From positions 569,250-633,249 of the forward strand of contig OZ242028.1 of the NCBI GenBank assembly GCA_965205005.1: 64,000 nucleotides of DNA, written 5' to 3'. Source of the DNA: Longimicrobiales bacterium. Its GTDB lineage: Bacteria; Gemmatimonadota; Gemmatimonadetes; Longimicrobiales; Gaopeijiaceae. The position numbers and the translations under genes were made by a program. How positions within the stretch are numbered: position 1 is the stretch's first letter; each line of letters starts with the position of its first letter. A model generated the notes under the pieces. It was given only the letters and a program-made list of their open reading frames with translations, did no database searches and was not told the DNA's origin. Positions 1-10,087 of this stretch are shown here, piece by piece.

Positions 1-2647
1 CCCAGTGGATGCGGTTCACACCGGCGTTGCTGGTGCCCGACAGCGTCCGCACGACCTCGCCCGCCGCGTCCAGGATCTCGACGGTGGGCGCTTCGGCCTC
101 ACCGCGCGACGCGGCCTCGCCCGCAGCCTCCGACAGCCAGTAGTTGATCGACGCCCCGTACTCGGGGTCCGTACCCTCGGTGGGATCGCTGTAGGGCACC
201 GACGGCGGCGTGATCGCGCGGAAGCGGTATGCATCGCGAGGCTGGAACAGGTGAGAGGCCGAAGCCATCACATCGGGCGTGAGCTGCTGGAGCGGCGCAA
301 GGTCGTCCAGGATCCAGAAGCCGCGCCCGTACGTGCCCACGACCAGGTCGCCGAAATGCTCCTGCACGACGATGCCCGACACCGGCGCGGCGGGCAGGTT
401 GTTCTGGAGCGGCTGCCAGTTGTCGCCGTCGTCGAACGAGACGTAGATCGCGTTCTCGGTCCCCACGTACAGCAGCCCCTGCCGTTTCGTGTCCTCGGCG
501 ATGACCTTCGTGTAGCTCAGCATGCTGGACGGGATCCCGGTCGTGATCTTGTCGAACGACGCGCCATGGTCCCGGGTCCTGTACACGTAGGGATCGCGAA
601 CATTCACCTGGTGGCCGTCGATGGCCACGTACGCCGTCCCCGCGTCGTAGCGGGAAGCCGCAATGGACCGCACCGCCATCCACTCCGGCAAATCCGGCAT
701 GTTGTCGGTGACATCCGTCCATGTGCCGCCACCGTCCCGGGTCACCTGGAGCCGCCCGTCGTTGGTGCCGGCCCAGATCAGCCCCTCCTCGACCGGCGAC
801 TCGGCGATGCCGAAGACCGTGCCCGCGTACTCGACGCCGATGTTGTCGCCGGTGAGTCCGCCGGAGAGCCCCATGCGGCTGCGGTCGTTCAGCGTCAGAT
901 CCGGGCTGATCACCTCCCAGCTCTGGCCCCCGTTGCGGGTGCGGTGCACGTGCTGGCTGCCCACGTACACGGTGTTGTTGTCGTGCGGCGAGATGTGGAT
1001 CGGCGCGTCCCAGATGAATCGGTAGCGCACGCCCGACGCCGCGCCCCGGCTCTGCTCCGGCCACACCTCGACGGCACGGAACTGGCGCCGGTCCTCCTCG
1101 TAGCGCACCACGATGCCGCCCACCATCCCCGATCCGGATGCGGAGGACCACACAATGTTCGGATCGGTCGGATCCGGGGTGGCCCACCCGCTCTCGCCGC
1201 CGCCCACGTGGTGCCACATGCCGCGCGGAATCCCGGTGATGCGGCGCTGGCCCTGGATGCGGCTGTTGCTCGGGCCCCGGTAGGTCGGCTCGTCCTGCTT
1301 GTTGCCGAGCACGTTGTACGGGATCGCGTTGTCGACCGTCACGTGGTACATCTGCGCGTTCGTGAGGCGCTGGCGGAACCACGTCCTGCCGCGGTTGATC
1401 GAGATCGACAGCCCCTGGTCGTGCGCGACGATCATGCGGTCGGGGTTGGTGTGGTCGATCCACATGTCGTGGTGGTCGCCGCCCGGCGCCTGGGGCCGCG
1501 GGGTCACGTCCAGCGTGCGGCCGCCGTTGGTCGAGGTGGTGAACGACGCCGTCAGGAAGTACGCCTCGTTGTCGTCGTTGGGCGAGATCACGACGCGCGA
1601 GTAGTAGTGCGGGCGGCCCATCGCGTTGCGGTTGCGCGTGATCAGCGCCCAGGTGCGTCCGCCGTCCTCCGAGCGCCAGAGCTGACCGTCCTCGGTCTCG
1701 CGCCCCTCCCACGGGATCCCGTCGCCGGTCTCCAGCATGGCATAGACGCGGTCCGGGTTGGAGCGCGCGACCGCCACCGCCACCTTGCCCACCGGCTTCT
1801 CGGGCAATCCGATCCCGTTGTCCGGCCCGTTGAGCTTCGTCCAGGTGTCCCCGCCGTCGCGCGAGACGTGCAGGCCGCCGCCGGGCCCGCCCGAGGTGCG
1901 CCCCCAGGTGTGGATCTCCAGCTGCCAGGTGCCTGCAAACAGCACACGCGGGTTGGACGGGTCCATGGCCAGATCGGAACAGCCCGTGTCCTCGTCGACG
2001 AAGAGAATCCGCTCCCAGGTCGCGCCGCCGTCGGTGGTGCGGAACACCCCGCGTTCGGGCTGCGGCCCGTACGCGTGTCCAAGCGCGCAGATATAGACCG
2101 TGTCGGGGTCGCTCGGGTGGATGACCAGGCGCGGGATCCGACCGGTGCGCTCCAGTCCCATCAGCGTCCACGTGGCCCCCGCGTCGGTGGACCGGTACAC
2201 GCCCTGCCCGATCGAGACGTGGCTGCGGATCTTCCCTTCGCCCGTGCCGGCCCAGACAATGTTCGGATCGGCCTCCGCGACGCCCAGCGACCCGATCGAC
2301 TGCACGGGGTGACCGTCGAAGATGGCGTCCCAGTGCACCCCTCCGTCGGTGGTCTTGTAGATGCCGCCCGAAGCGGCGCCAACGTAGTAGGTGTGCGGAT
2401 CGCCGACGATCCCGGCCGCCGCCGAGAAGCGGTTCCCCTCCGGACCGATGTGCCGCCACTCGAGCGCGGCGTAGTCGGAGGGATCGGGCGCCTGCTGTTG
2501 GGCGGTGGCGGGCGCGGGAGCGGGCGGGAGCGCGACGGCCAGTGCCACCACAAACGGCGTGACGGGCGCGAAGCGGGTGGCGACCTCAAGCGCGCGGGGC
2601 CGGTCGGCTATGGGGAGGCAGGGAGTCGGGTCAAACGGTGTGGACAT
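1..2647 (-). CDS. Exported BNR/Asp-box repeat (sortilin/VPS10-like) protein. The N-terminus lies in the window and the C-terminus runs off the window start.
   Basis: Absent from the ORF track because there is no stop in the window. My translation of the third minus frame from ATG 2647 gives MSTPFD...FVVALAVALPPAPAPATAQQQ (signal-like). It then shows repeated SxDxGxTW-type motifs: GGIYKTTDGGVHW, VYRSTDAGATW, VFRTTDGGATWE, VSRDGGDTWTKL. The two listed ORFs covering this span (5..2731 +, 99..2459 -) are Arg-rich shadows. Confidence 0.8.
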   Translation of the reverse strand, partial: MSTPFDPTPCLPIADRPRALEVATRFAPVTPFVVALAVALPPAPAPATAQQQAPDPSDYAALEWRHIGPEGNRFSAAAGIVGDPHTYYVGAASGGIYKTTDGGVHWDAIFDGHPVQSIGSLGVAEADPNIVWAGTGEGKIRSHVSIGQGVYRSTDAGATWTLMGLERTGRIPRLVIHPSDPDTVYICALGHAYGPQPERGVFRTTDGGATWERILFVDEDTGCSDLAMDPSNPRVLFAGTWQLEIHTWGRTSGGPGGGLHVSRDGGDTWTKLNGPDNGIGLPEKPVGKVAVAVARSNPDRVYAMLETGDGIPWEGRETEDGQLWRSEDGGRTWALITRNRNAMGRPHYYSRVVISPNDDNEAYFLTASFTTSTNGGRTLDVTPRPQAPGGDHHDMWIDHTNPDRMIVAHDQGLSISINRGRTWFRQRLTNAQMYHVTVDNAIPYNVLGNKQDEPTYRGPSNSRIQGQRRITGIPRGMWHHVGGGESGWATPDPTDPNIVWSSASGSGMVGGIVVRYEEDRRQFRAVEVWPEQSRGAASGVRYRFIWDAPIHISPHDNNTVYVGSQHVHRTRNGGQSWEVISPDLTLNDRSRMGLSGGLTGDNIGVEYAGTVFGIAESPVEEGLIWAGTNDGRLQVTRDGGGTWTDVTDNMPDLPEWMAVRSIAASRYDAGTAYVAIDGHQVNVRDPYVYRTRDHGASFDKITTGIPSSMLSYTKVIAEDTKRQGLLYVGTENAIYVSFDDGDNWQPLQNNLPAAPVSGIVVQEHFGDLVVGTYGRGFWILDDLAPLQQLTPDVMASASHLFQPRDAYRFRAITPPSVPYSDPTEGTDPEYGASINYWLSEAAGEAASRGEAEAPTVEILDAAGEVVRTLSGTSNAGVNRIHW

Positions 2648-2777
2648 GGGGGATCGTCCTCGGGGTGTTGCGAGAGGATGGGGATGCGGGAGGTCGTTGG
2701 TTGCAACGACCACGCGTGGGAATCGTGTTGACAGGATTCAGAGATGTCGGTTGGGCGTCAAGATAGCGCCACGGCCC

Positions 2778-3812
2778 TCATCCCTCATCCTCCAGGATCG
2801 GAAGCTCCCTCGTGCCGCCGCCGAGCGGAGGGTAATAGGTGGTCCCGATGGTCCGTCCGCCGTTCCCGGTGGGTCGGTTCAGGTCGCCGGATAGCGCGCG
2901 CCGTCCGAGCCGAATGGCGGATCGCAGCGTTGCAAGCGCCAGGTAGCCCAGGAAGTCGCTGAACTCGCGCAGGTCGCCCCGGTCCGCAGCTTCCAACGCC
3001 TCGATGTAGGACGGCCGGATCTCGTGGCTGATCACCGGGGGCGGCTCGCCGCGGCGCACGTACGCATGGGCCATGAGTAGGCGCGACACACGACCGTTCC
3101 CGTCTCGGAACGGATGCGTGCGCACGAACCGGTGGTGCGTCCAGGCAGCCTCCACCTCCGTAGGGTAGCCAGCGTCGCGGATCTCGCCGTGGAGCTCTAT
3201 GAACCGATCCATCTCATGCTGCACCTGCTCGGGCGGACAGTACTGGTGCACGACACCGTCCGGCCGCTTCGGGTTGTTGGGCCGGTCCTTCCAGCGCCCC
3301 CTCTCGGTGAATCGGACCTGGACCTTCCGGCCATCGAGCGTAAGCCCGGTCACGGTCTCCTGGTGACGAGTTAGCAACTGGTGCCAGGTCTTGATCGTGT
3401 GCAGGGTCAGCGGACGACCCTGCGCGATGTCGTCGAAGAGCACATGGATGGCAGCCTCCTGGTCGGCGAGCAGGCCTCGGATCGTTCGGTCCTCAACCCC
3501 CTCGACGGTGTGCGCGCCTACGACGCCGCTCAGTCCCTCGGCCATCAGCTGCAGGGTGATCCCGCGTCGCATCGTGTAGAGGCCCTCGATCTGTCCCGTT
3601 TCGATGGCGAACGCGCGTGCGCGTTCCTCAAGCCACAGGTCGACGAAGGCCTTCGGCTCGGCGCGGTTCTTCAAACGACCCCGGATCTCGGTCCACTCGT
3701 TCGCCATCGCAGCATAGCCGGGCACGGCCCAGGCGTGCGCTCCCTCCGGCATGCCGGTGAGCGGTCGCCAGATCTCGGGCTTGTGGCGCTGCGGAGTATC
3801 CGTGTCGGTCAT
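2778..3812 (-). CDS. Fic/DOC family protein (AMPylase-type)
   Basis: Canonical Fic motif HPFRDGNGRVSRLLM (HxFxDGNGRxxR). Start trimmed to the internal ATG at 3812 (MTDTDTPQRH); the upstream extension of the 396-aa ORF is Arg-rich. Confidence 0.85.
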   Translation of the reverse strand: MTDTDTPQRHKPEIWRPLTGMPEGAHAWAVPGYAAMANEWTEIRGRLKNRAEPKAFVDLWLEERARAFAIETGQIEGLYTMRRGITLQLMAEGLSGVVGAHTVEGVEDRTIRGLLADQEAAIHVLFDDIAQGRPLTLHTIKTWHQLLTRHQETVTGLTLDGRKVQVRFTERGRWKDRPNNPKRPDGVVHQYCPPEQVQHEMDRFIELHGEIRDAGYPTEVEAAWTHHRFVRTHPFRDGNGRVSRLLMAHAYVRRGEPPPVISHEIRPSYIEALEAADRGDLREFSDFLGYLALATLRSAIRLGRRALSGDLNRPTGNGGRTIGTTYYPPLGGGTRELPILEDEG

Positions 3813-4079
3813 GGACTGGTCCGGTGGACTGGACGGGTGAGTACAATCTAGCGCGGACGGCCGTCTACGAGCGAAGAGAGAGGGGGCGGCCAATCTGCGC
3901 AGATTCGCTCTCCGCATGAAGAAGGGCGGCCGCGGCGAGCCCTCCGCTCTGGCGGTGATCCTTCCCAACGGATACGGTCATGTGCGAATCGGCGAGGTGG
4001 GCGTGATTCCGATTGGAGCGCTGGGGCCGTAAGCGCCGCGGCGAGCAGCTTCCGTGCCAGACAAGGAGCGAATTCCCCA

Positions 4080-5369
4080 ATGCTGAGCCACTTCCGCCTG
4101 GAAGAGCGGAAAACCGACGTGCGCACCGAGGTGCTGGCGGGGTGCACGACCTTCCTCACCATGTCGTACATCATCTTCGTGAACCCGCTGATTCTGGGCG
4201 GTGCGGGCATCGACACCGGCGCGGTGCTGGTCGCCACCTGTCTCGCCGCGGCATTCGGTTCGATGGTGATGGGCCTCTACGCCAACTACCCCATCGCGCT
4301 GGCACCCGGGATGGGCCTCAACGCCTACTTCGCGGCGATCGCGGTGGGCACCATGGGCCTGTCCTGGCAGGTCGCGATGGGCGCGGTGTTCTGTTCCGGC
4401 GTCCTGATGCTGATCCTGTCGGTCCTGCCGGTGCGCGAGTGGGTGGTCAACGCCATTCCGCCCTCCCAGAAGCTGGCCATCGCTGCGGGAATCGGGTTCT
4501 TCCTGATCATCATCGGGCTCCGCAACGCGGGACTGGTCGTAGACAGCGAGGCGACCCTGGTGACACTGGGCCGGCTCACCCAGTGGCCTGTCGTGCTGGC
4601 CGCCCTCGGATTCGTCGGAATCGTGGCCCTGGAGCAGCGGAAGCTCCCGGGTGCGGTGATCATCTGCATTCTTGCCGTGTCGGTGATCGGCTGGGTCGCG
4701 GGGCAGTCCCCCCCTCCGGCGTCCGTGATTGCGGCCCCGCCCTCCCTGGCGCCGACTCTCTTTCAGCTCGACATCGCCGCCGCGTTCGAGGTGGGGCTGC
4801 TCGCGATCGTGTTCGCGTTCCTGATGGTGGACCTGTTCGACACCAGCGGCACGCTCGTCGCCGTGCTCAACGAAGCCGGGCTGACCGACGGCACCGGCCG
4901 GGTTCCGCACCTCCGCCGCGCCCTCGTCGCGGACAGCTCGGCGACCATGGTGGGCGCGATGCTCGGCACGTCGACCACGACCTCCTATATCGAAAGCGCG
5001 GCCGGCGTGCGCGCGGGCGGGCGAACCGGACTCACGGCCGTGGTCGTCGCCGGGCTGTTCCTCGTGGCCCTGCTGTTCGCGCCCGTGGCCACGGCCATTC
5101 CCGGCTACGCGACAGCCCCCGCGATCGTGTTCGTCGGATGCGTGATGGCGCGCGCCCTGCGCAACGTCGAATGGGACGACCTCACCGAAGCCGTGCCCGC
5201 CATCGTAACCGCGCTGGCCATGCCCTTCACGTACTCGATCGCCACCGGCATCGGCCTCGGATTCATCGCCTACGCGCTGATCAAGGTGCTTGGCGGCCGC
5301 CGACACGAACTGAACGCCGCGGTGGCGACGGTCGCGGTATTGTTCGCCATTCGCTTCGTCCTGATGTAG
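4080..5369 (+). CDS. NCS2 family purine permease (adenine/guanine/hypoxanthine, AzgA/PurP-like)
   Basis: MLSHFRLEERKTDVRTEVLAGCTTFLTMSYIIFVNPLIL and multiple TM segments typical of the AzgA-type NCS2 family. AAGGAG Shine-Dalgarno about 12 nt upstream. Confidence 0.9.
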   Translation: MLSHFRLEERKTDVRTEVLAGCTTFLTMSYIIFVNPLILGGAGIDTGAVLVATCLAAAFGSMVMGLYANYPIALAPGMGLNAYFAAIAVGTMGLSWQVAMGAVFCSGVLMLILSVLPVREWVVNAIPPSQKLAIAAGIGFFLIIIGLRNAGLVVDSEATLVTLGRLTQWPVVLAALGFVGIVALEQRKLPGAVIICILAVSVIGWVAGQSPPPASVIAAPPSLAPTLFQLDIAAAFEVGLLAIVFAFLMVDLFDTSGTLVAVLNEAGLTDGTGRVPHLRRALVADSSATMVGAMLGTSTTTSYIESAAGVRAGGRTGLTAVVVAGLFLVALLFAPVATAIPGYATAPAIVFVGCVMARALRNVEWDDLTEAVPAIVTALAMPFTYSIATGIGLGFIAYALIKVLGGRRHELNAAVATVAVLFAIRFVLM

Positions 5370-5452
5370 CGGCCGGTGGAAGAGAACCCCGCCGCACCCG
5401 GACGACGATGCGCCCGCACGACGATGTGCCCGGACTGCACCGAGGACGGCCC

Positions 5453-6784
5453 GTGACCCCCGACCGCCGCCGGTTCCTGCGGCAATCCGCCCGGTGGGCG
5501 GCGCTGGCGCCCGTTGCACCGATCGGCCGGGTCGCGGCGCTGCACGGGGACGCGTCCGCCGCCCCGGCCCCGGACGCCGCGGCCACCCCGTATGCTCACC
5601 ACCGTGCAACCCCTTCCCAGGACGCCTGGGTGGCCCGCGCCCGCGCCGAGATCCCCGCCTCCACCGGCAGCATCTACCTTCAGACGGGCGGAATCGGTCC
5701 CGCGCCGGAAGCCGTCATCGACGAAGTGAAGGAGCGCCTGGACTTTCAGAACCGGGGTCCCGCCGACCCCCGCTACGCGGCCGACATGGCCAGGATCGAG
5801 CCGGACCTGCGGGCGCAGCTCGCGCGGGTGTTCGGCGCCGAGGCCGACGAGGTCGCGCTCACCCACAGCACCTCTGAGGGGATCTCGATCGTCGCCTGGA
5901 GCCTGAACTGGCAGCCGGGCGACGAAGTGATCATCTCCAACATCGAACACCCCGCCAACGTCATCCCGTGGTACGTCCTGCGCGACCGCTACGGCATCGT
6001 GATCCGCGAAATCGACCTCTCGGCCGGCACGCGCCTCCTCGACCAGATCCGGTCCCGGCTGTCCGGCCGCACGCGCATGGTCAGCATCAGCCACGTGTCC
6101 CGCAACAACGGCCGCACGATCCGCACCGACGAGTCCGCCGAACTGGCGCGCCTCCTCCGCGCCCGCGCCATCCGCTACCACCTGGACGGCGCCCAGGGCC
6201 CCGGCTGCGTCCCCACGGACTTCCGCGCGCTCGGCTGCGACTGCTATTCCACCTGCGGCCACAAGTGGCTCCTGGGACCCAAGGGCACCGGCGCGCTCAT
6301 CGTCCGCCGCGACGTGCTCGACGACGTCCGGCTCAGCTGGGCCGGCTCCCACAGCCACGCCACCATGGACTACGAGGGCGGCTACACCCTGCTCCCCAGC
6401 GCCGCGCGCTACGAATTCGGCACCCGGGCGCTCGCCGACTTCGCCGGGTTCGCACGCGCCGTCGACTGGATGGAACAGATCGGCCTCGAACGGATCAACG
6501 GCCGCATCCAGTCACTGGTCGATCACGCGATCGAGGCGGTGGACGCCACGAACGGGCTGTCCCTCAGCTCTCCCCGTACCCGCCCCGACCGCTCCGGCGT
6601 CTTCGTGCTCGAGCTGCCCGACGGATGCGACGCCACCGATCTCTACAACGACCTGCGCGACAGCGCCGGCATCCTCGCCTCGCCGGTCCGCCAGCCGCGC
6701 GACTTCCGCCTCTCCATCCACTTCTTCAACACACGGGACGAGATCGACACCGCGATCACAGCGATCAGCGAACGGTGCCTGTGA
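5453..6784 (+). CDS. Class V aminotransferase / cysteine-desulfurase-like PLP enzyme with a twin-arginine signal
   Basis: C-terminal part of the 4013..6784 ORF. PDRRRFLRQSARWAALAP matches a Tat motif. THSTSEG, ISHVSRNNG and STCGHKWLLGPKGTG (PLP-Lys region) fit class V aminotransferases. GTG 5453 has a GAGGA SD 6 nt upstream; ATG 5408 is an alternative start. Confidence 0.8.
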   Translation: MTPDRRRFLRQSARWAALAPVAPIGRVAALHGDASAAPAPDAAATPYAHHRATPSQDAWVARARAEIPASTGSIYLQTGGIGPAPEAVIDEVKERLDFQNRGPADPRYAADMARIEPDLRAQLARVFGAEADEVALTHSTSEGISIVAWSLNWQPGDEVIISNIEHPANVIPWYVLRDRYGIVIREIDLSAGTRLLDQIRSRLSGRTRMVSISHVSRNNGRTIRTDESAELARLLRARAIRYHLDGAQGPGCVPTDFRALGCDCYSTCGHKWLLGPKGTGALIVRRDVLDDVRLSWAGSHSHATMDYEGGYTLLPSAARYEFGTRALADFAGFARAVDWMEQIGLERINGRIQSLVDHAIEAVDATNGLSLSSPRTRPDRSGVFVLELPDGCDATDLYNDLRDSAGILASPVRQPRDFRLSIHFFNTRDEIDTAITAISERCL

Positions 6785-6825
6785 CGTCCCGACGCCCCCA
6801 GCCGCCAAACCCCCGGACTCGACTC

Positions 6826-8757
6826 ATGAAATTCTCCCGCCCCGCGGCCACGGCCCCGACAACCCGGGCCGCCGCCACCGCCCTCGCCCTCCTCACCCTG
6901 ACCGCGCTCACAAACCCCACCCCCGCCACTGCCCGGACCGCCACCGCCCAGACCGTCACCGCCCAGACCGCCCCCGTCATCGAAAACGGCCAGGCCCAGA
7001 TCATCCCCGCCCTCGCCGATTCGGCCACCTGGGTCCGCCACGACCTGTGGGTCGAGACCGAATTCGACACCGACGGCGACGGCCGGCCCGACCGCGTCCA
7101 CGTCGACGTCACCCGCCCCGGCCAGACCGACACCGAGGGCCTCACCGTCCCCGTCATCTACGAGACCAGCCCCTACTACTCGGGCGTCGCCGGGATCAAC
7201 TTCGACCACTTCTGGGACCTGCGTCAGGAAGTCGGCAGCGCCCCTCCGGCACGCGACCCCTTCCCACCCACCATCCGCCACATCGCAGCCCAGCCGGTCA
7301 TCTCGCAGTCGCACATCCGCACCTGGGTCCCGCGCGGCTTCGCGGTCATCCACTCCCAGTCCCCCGGCACCGGCCAGTCCCAGGGCTGCCCCACCGTCGG
7401 CGGCGCCAACGAGTCGCTCGCGCCCAAGGCCGTCATCGACTGGCTCAACGGCCGCGCCCGCGCCTTCACCACCGTCGACGGCACAGAGCAGGTCGAGGCC
7501 TACTGGTCCACCGGCAAGGTCGGCATGACCGGCACCTCCTACAACGGCACCCTCCCCCTGGCCGCCGCGACCACCGGCGTCGAAGGCCTCGAAGCGATCA
7601 TCCCGGTCGCCCCGAACACCTCCTACTACCATTACTACCGCTCCAACGGCCTCGTCCGCTCCCCCGGCGGCTACCCCGGCGAGGACATCGACGTCCTCTT
7701 CGACTTCATCTTCAGCGGCCACCCCGACGCACGCGACTATTGCATCGCCCACGTGCGCGACGAGATGTACGCCGAGCTGGACCGCACCACCGGCGACTAC
7801 AACGACTTCTGGGCTGGCCGCGACTACCTCAACCACATCGACGGCGTCCGCGCCGCCACCCTCATGGCCCACGCCTTCAACGACTGGAACGTGATGCCCG
7901 AGCACAGCTACCGCATCACCGAGGCGCTCAAGGCCCGCGGCGTCCCCGTCCAGATCTACTATCACCAGGGCGGCCACGGCGGTCCCCCGCCCCTCGAGCT
8001 CATGAACCGCTGGTTCACCCGCTACGTCCTGGGCGTCGAGAACGGCGTCGAGAACGACCCGCGCGCCTGGATCGTCCGCGAGGCCGACGACCGCCAGCAG
8101 CCCACCGCCTACCCGGACTATCCGCACCCCGAGGCCGAAGGCGTCCCCCTGCACCCCGCGGGCGACGGCAACTGGACCGGAACCCTCTCGCCCGACACCG
8201 GCGACCCCGACACCGGCGACGAGCCCCGTACCGGCGGCATTGTGGACAATTTTGCTTTTGAGGGCGGCCAACTCGCCGCGGCGGAGTGGTCGAACCATCG
8301 GCTTCTATATGCGACACCGGTGCTCCAGCAGGATGTCCACCTCTCGGGCGTGGCCACGGCGCGCGTCCGGGTGGCCGCGGACGCCCACGCGGCGAACCTC
8401 ACCGTCTGGCTCGTCTCGCTCCCCTGGACCGACGGCGGCGACATCAACGACAACATCATCACCAAGGGCTGGGCCGACCCCGCCAACGCCGGCGCCGACA
8501 ACATCGCGAGCCCCCGGTCCGGCTCCGACCTCACGCCCGGCGAGTTCGTCGAACTGGAGTTCCCGCTGCAACCCGACGACCAGGTCATCCCGGCGGGCGC
8601 GCGCATCGGCCTCATGATCTTCTCGAGCGACAGGTACTTCACGCTGCACCCCGATCCGGGCACGACGCTGACCGTGGATCTCGGCGCGACGAGCGTGGCG
8701 CTGCCCGTGGTGGGTGGCGCCGAGGCGCTCAGGAGGGCGCTCAGGCCGGTGAGCTGA
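6826..8757 (+). CDS. Xaa-Pro dipeptidyl-peptidase (S15 family), secreted
   Basis: C-terminal part of the 5968..8757 ORF starting at MKFSRPAATAP with a signal-like region. GMTGTSYNG (GxSYxG nucleophile elbow), VPVIYETSPYY, and a C-terminal beta-sandwich-like region. Confidence 0.85.
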   Translation: MKFSRPAATAPTTRAAATALALLTLTALTNPTPATARTATAQTVTAQTAPVIENGQAQIIPALADSATWVRHDLWVETEFDTDGDGRPDRVHVDVTRPGQTDTEGLTVPVIYETSPYYSGVAGINFDHFWDLRQEVGSAPPARDPFPPTIRHIAAQPVISQSHIRTWVPRGFAVIHSQSPGTGQSQGCPTVGGANESLAPKAVIDWLNGRARAFTTVDGTEQVEAYWSTGKVGMTGTSYNGTLPLAAATTGVEGLEAIIPVAPNTSYYHYYRSNGLVRSPGGYPGEDIDVLFDFIFSGHPDARDYCIAHVRDEMYAELDRTTGDYNDFWAGRDYLNHIDGVRAATLMAHAFNDWNVMPEHSYRITEALKARGVPVQIYYHQGGHGGPPPLELMNRWFTRYVLGVENGVENDPRAWIVREADDRQQPTAYPDYPHPEAEGVPLHPAGDGNWTGTLSPDTGDPDTGDEPRTGGIVDNFAFEGGQLAAAEWSNHRLLYATPVLQQDVHLSGVATARVRVAADAHAANLTVWLVSLPWTDGGDINDNIITKGWADPANAGADNIASPRSGSDLTPGEFVELEFPLQPDDQVIPAGARIGLMIFSSDRYFTLHPDPGTTLTVDLGATSVALPVVGGAEALRRALRPVS

Positions 8758-10051
8758 TGAGCGCCTCGACCGACCGGGCATCCGTTCCCGGTGCCCTGCT
8801 GCACGTTGCACTGATTCTCGCCCTGACGGCATGTGCCGACGGTCCCGGTCCGGAATCGGGGCCGGATGCGACAACGGTCCGGGACAGCGCCGGGGTCCGG
8901 ATCGTGACCAGCGAGAGGCCACGGTGGGGAGAGGGCGCGGGGTGGACGGTCACTCCCGAGCCGGCCGTAACAATTGGCGTCGACGACGCGATGGGTGGCG
9001 ATGAGACGGACGTCCTCTTCGGATCCATTCGAGCCATGGCGGTGTTGCCAAGCGGACGCCTGGCGGTGGCCGACGAGCACTCCGCGGTCGTCTCGGTCTT
9101 TGATCCCGACGGGCAGCTCGTCCACCGCTTCGGCGGGCGTGGAGAGGGCCCCGGCGAAGTTGCCGGGATCTGGGATCTGTACGGCTGCGCCGACGACACG
9201 GTCATCGTGCGCATCCGCACCCAGCTCAGCTTCTTCGGCGGCGACGGGGAGTTCATCCGCCGCGTCATCAGTACGGGCGCGGGCACGTCCTGGGGAGTCC
9301 GCGCGATCGCCCCCGACTGCGCACACTTCGTCGTCTCGCGCAGTGCCGACGGCCCGGCCCCGCCTGCCGGTCAGGAGTGGTTGTCGCGCGGAGTGCTCGC
9401 ACGGACGGACGACACCTTTGTGGTCCGCGATACCATCGCCCGGGTGGTGACCAGTGAAGCGTTTACACGTTCACTGCGAGGAGAAGAGGTGTCCGCCTTC
9501 CTCCCCTGGACCCCCGTCGATTTCAATGTGGAACTCCGCGGCGAGCAACTGGTAGCGGGGTTCGGGAAGTGGGCGGAGTTCCGTGTCCATTCCCCTGGCG
9601 GCAGCCTGGACGAGCTGATTCGCTGGCACGCCGTTGCCGACGAGGTCACGGCCGCCGACCGCGACCGCTACAACGACAAGCGCAACCAGTTCCTTGACAG
9701 GTACGAGGGCAGTCCCGACGCACTTTTTTCGTTTCCCTCGCTACGCGAGTTTCCGCGCGTCCCGACGCACAACCGTTCTTCGACGGGTTCCTGCTCGACG
9801 ACCAGGGCAACATCTGGGCCCGTCACTTTCCGCCGAACGGGCTCGGCATACAGGATCTGCGCCCGCCCCACGACCCTCCCGCGCCCGAAACCTGGACCGT
9901 TCTGAACTCGGCAGGCGTCTGGCTGGGACCGGTGCACCTGCCCAGCGGATTCGCCGCCCACGACGTGGCGAACGACCGCGTGTACGGCGTCTACACGGCG
10001 CCGCACGGTGCGCAGACCGTCAGGGTCTACCGACTTGTCCGAGACGACTGA
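8757..10051 (+). pseudogene. 6-bladed beta-propeller (NHL/TolB-like) lipoprotein gene disrupted by a 1-nt frameshift near 9768-9772
   Basis: MSASTDRAS...ILALTAC lipobox and a GRGEGPGEV motif shared with the paralog at 13315..14442. After ...SLREFPRVPTH the listed frame turns to junk. Shifting back one base (re-reading nt 9770) reads QPFFDGFLLDDQGNIWARHFPP...RVYGVYTAPHGAQTVRVYRLVRDD to a TGA at 10049-10051, which aligns with the paralog's C-terminus. Confidence 0.65.
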
Positions 10052-10087
10052 CGACGTTCTTGAACCAGGGCAAATCTGTTTGGGCGC

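Noticed and set aside
5-2731. 908-aa plus-strand ORF and 786-aa minus-strand ORF (99..2459) covering the first 2.7 kb
   Set aside because: Both translations are Arg/Gly/Pro/His-rich with no motifs, typical of off-frame shadows in high-GC DNA. The third minus frame (open to the window edge, so absent from the track) gives a clean BNR/Asp-box repeat protein.
3978-5609. Long antisense or extended ORFs: 3978..5609 -, the N-terminal part of 4013..6784 +, 6643..8298 -, 15623..17548 +, 16378..17850 -, 19889..21892 -, 34551..36248 -, 38569..40380 +, 42706..44127 -, 55055..56944 -, and others
   Set aside because: They overlap genes with strong family motifs on the other strand or frame and have extreme Arg/Pro/Gly composition. 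I treated them as GC-driven spurious ORFs and trimmed chimeric ORFs to internal starts that respect neighbouring genes.
9760-9775. Programmed -1 ribosomal frameshift in the beta-propeller gene
   Set aside because: There is no slippery X XXY YYZ heptamer or downstream pseudoknot at the shift point. A one-base indel is the simpler explanation.
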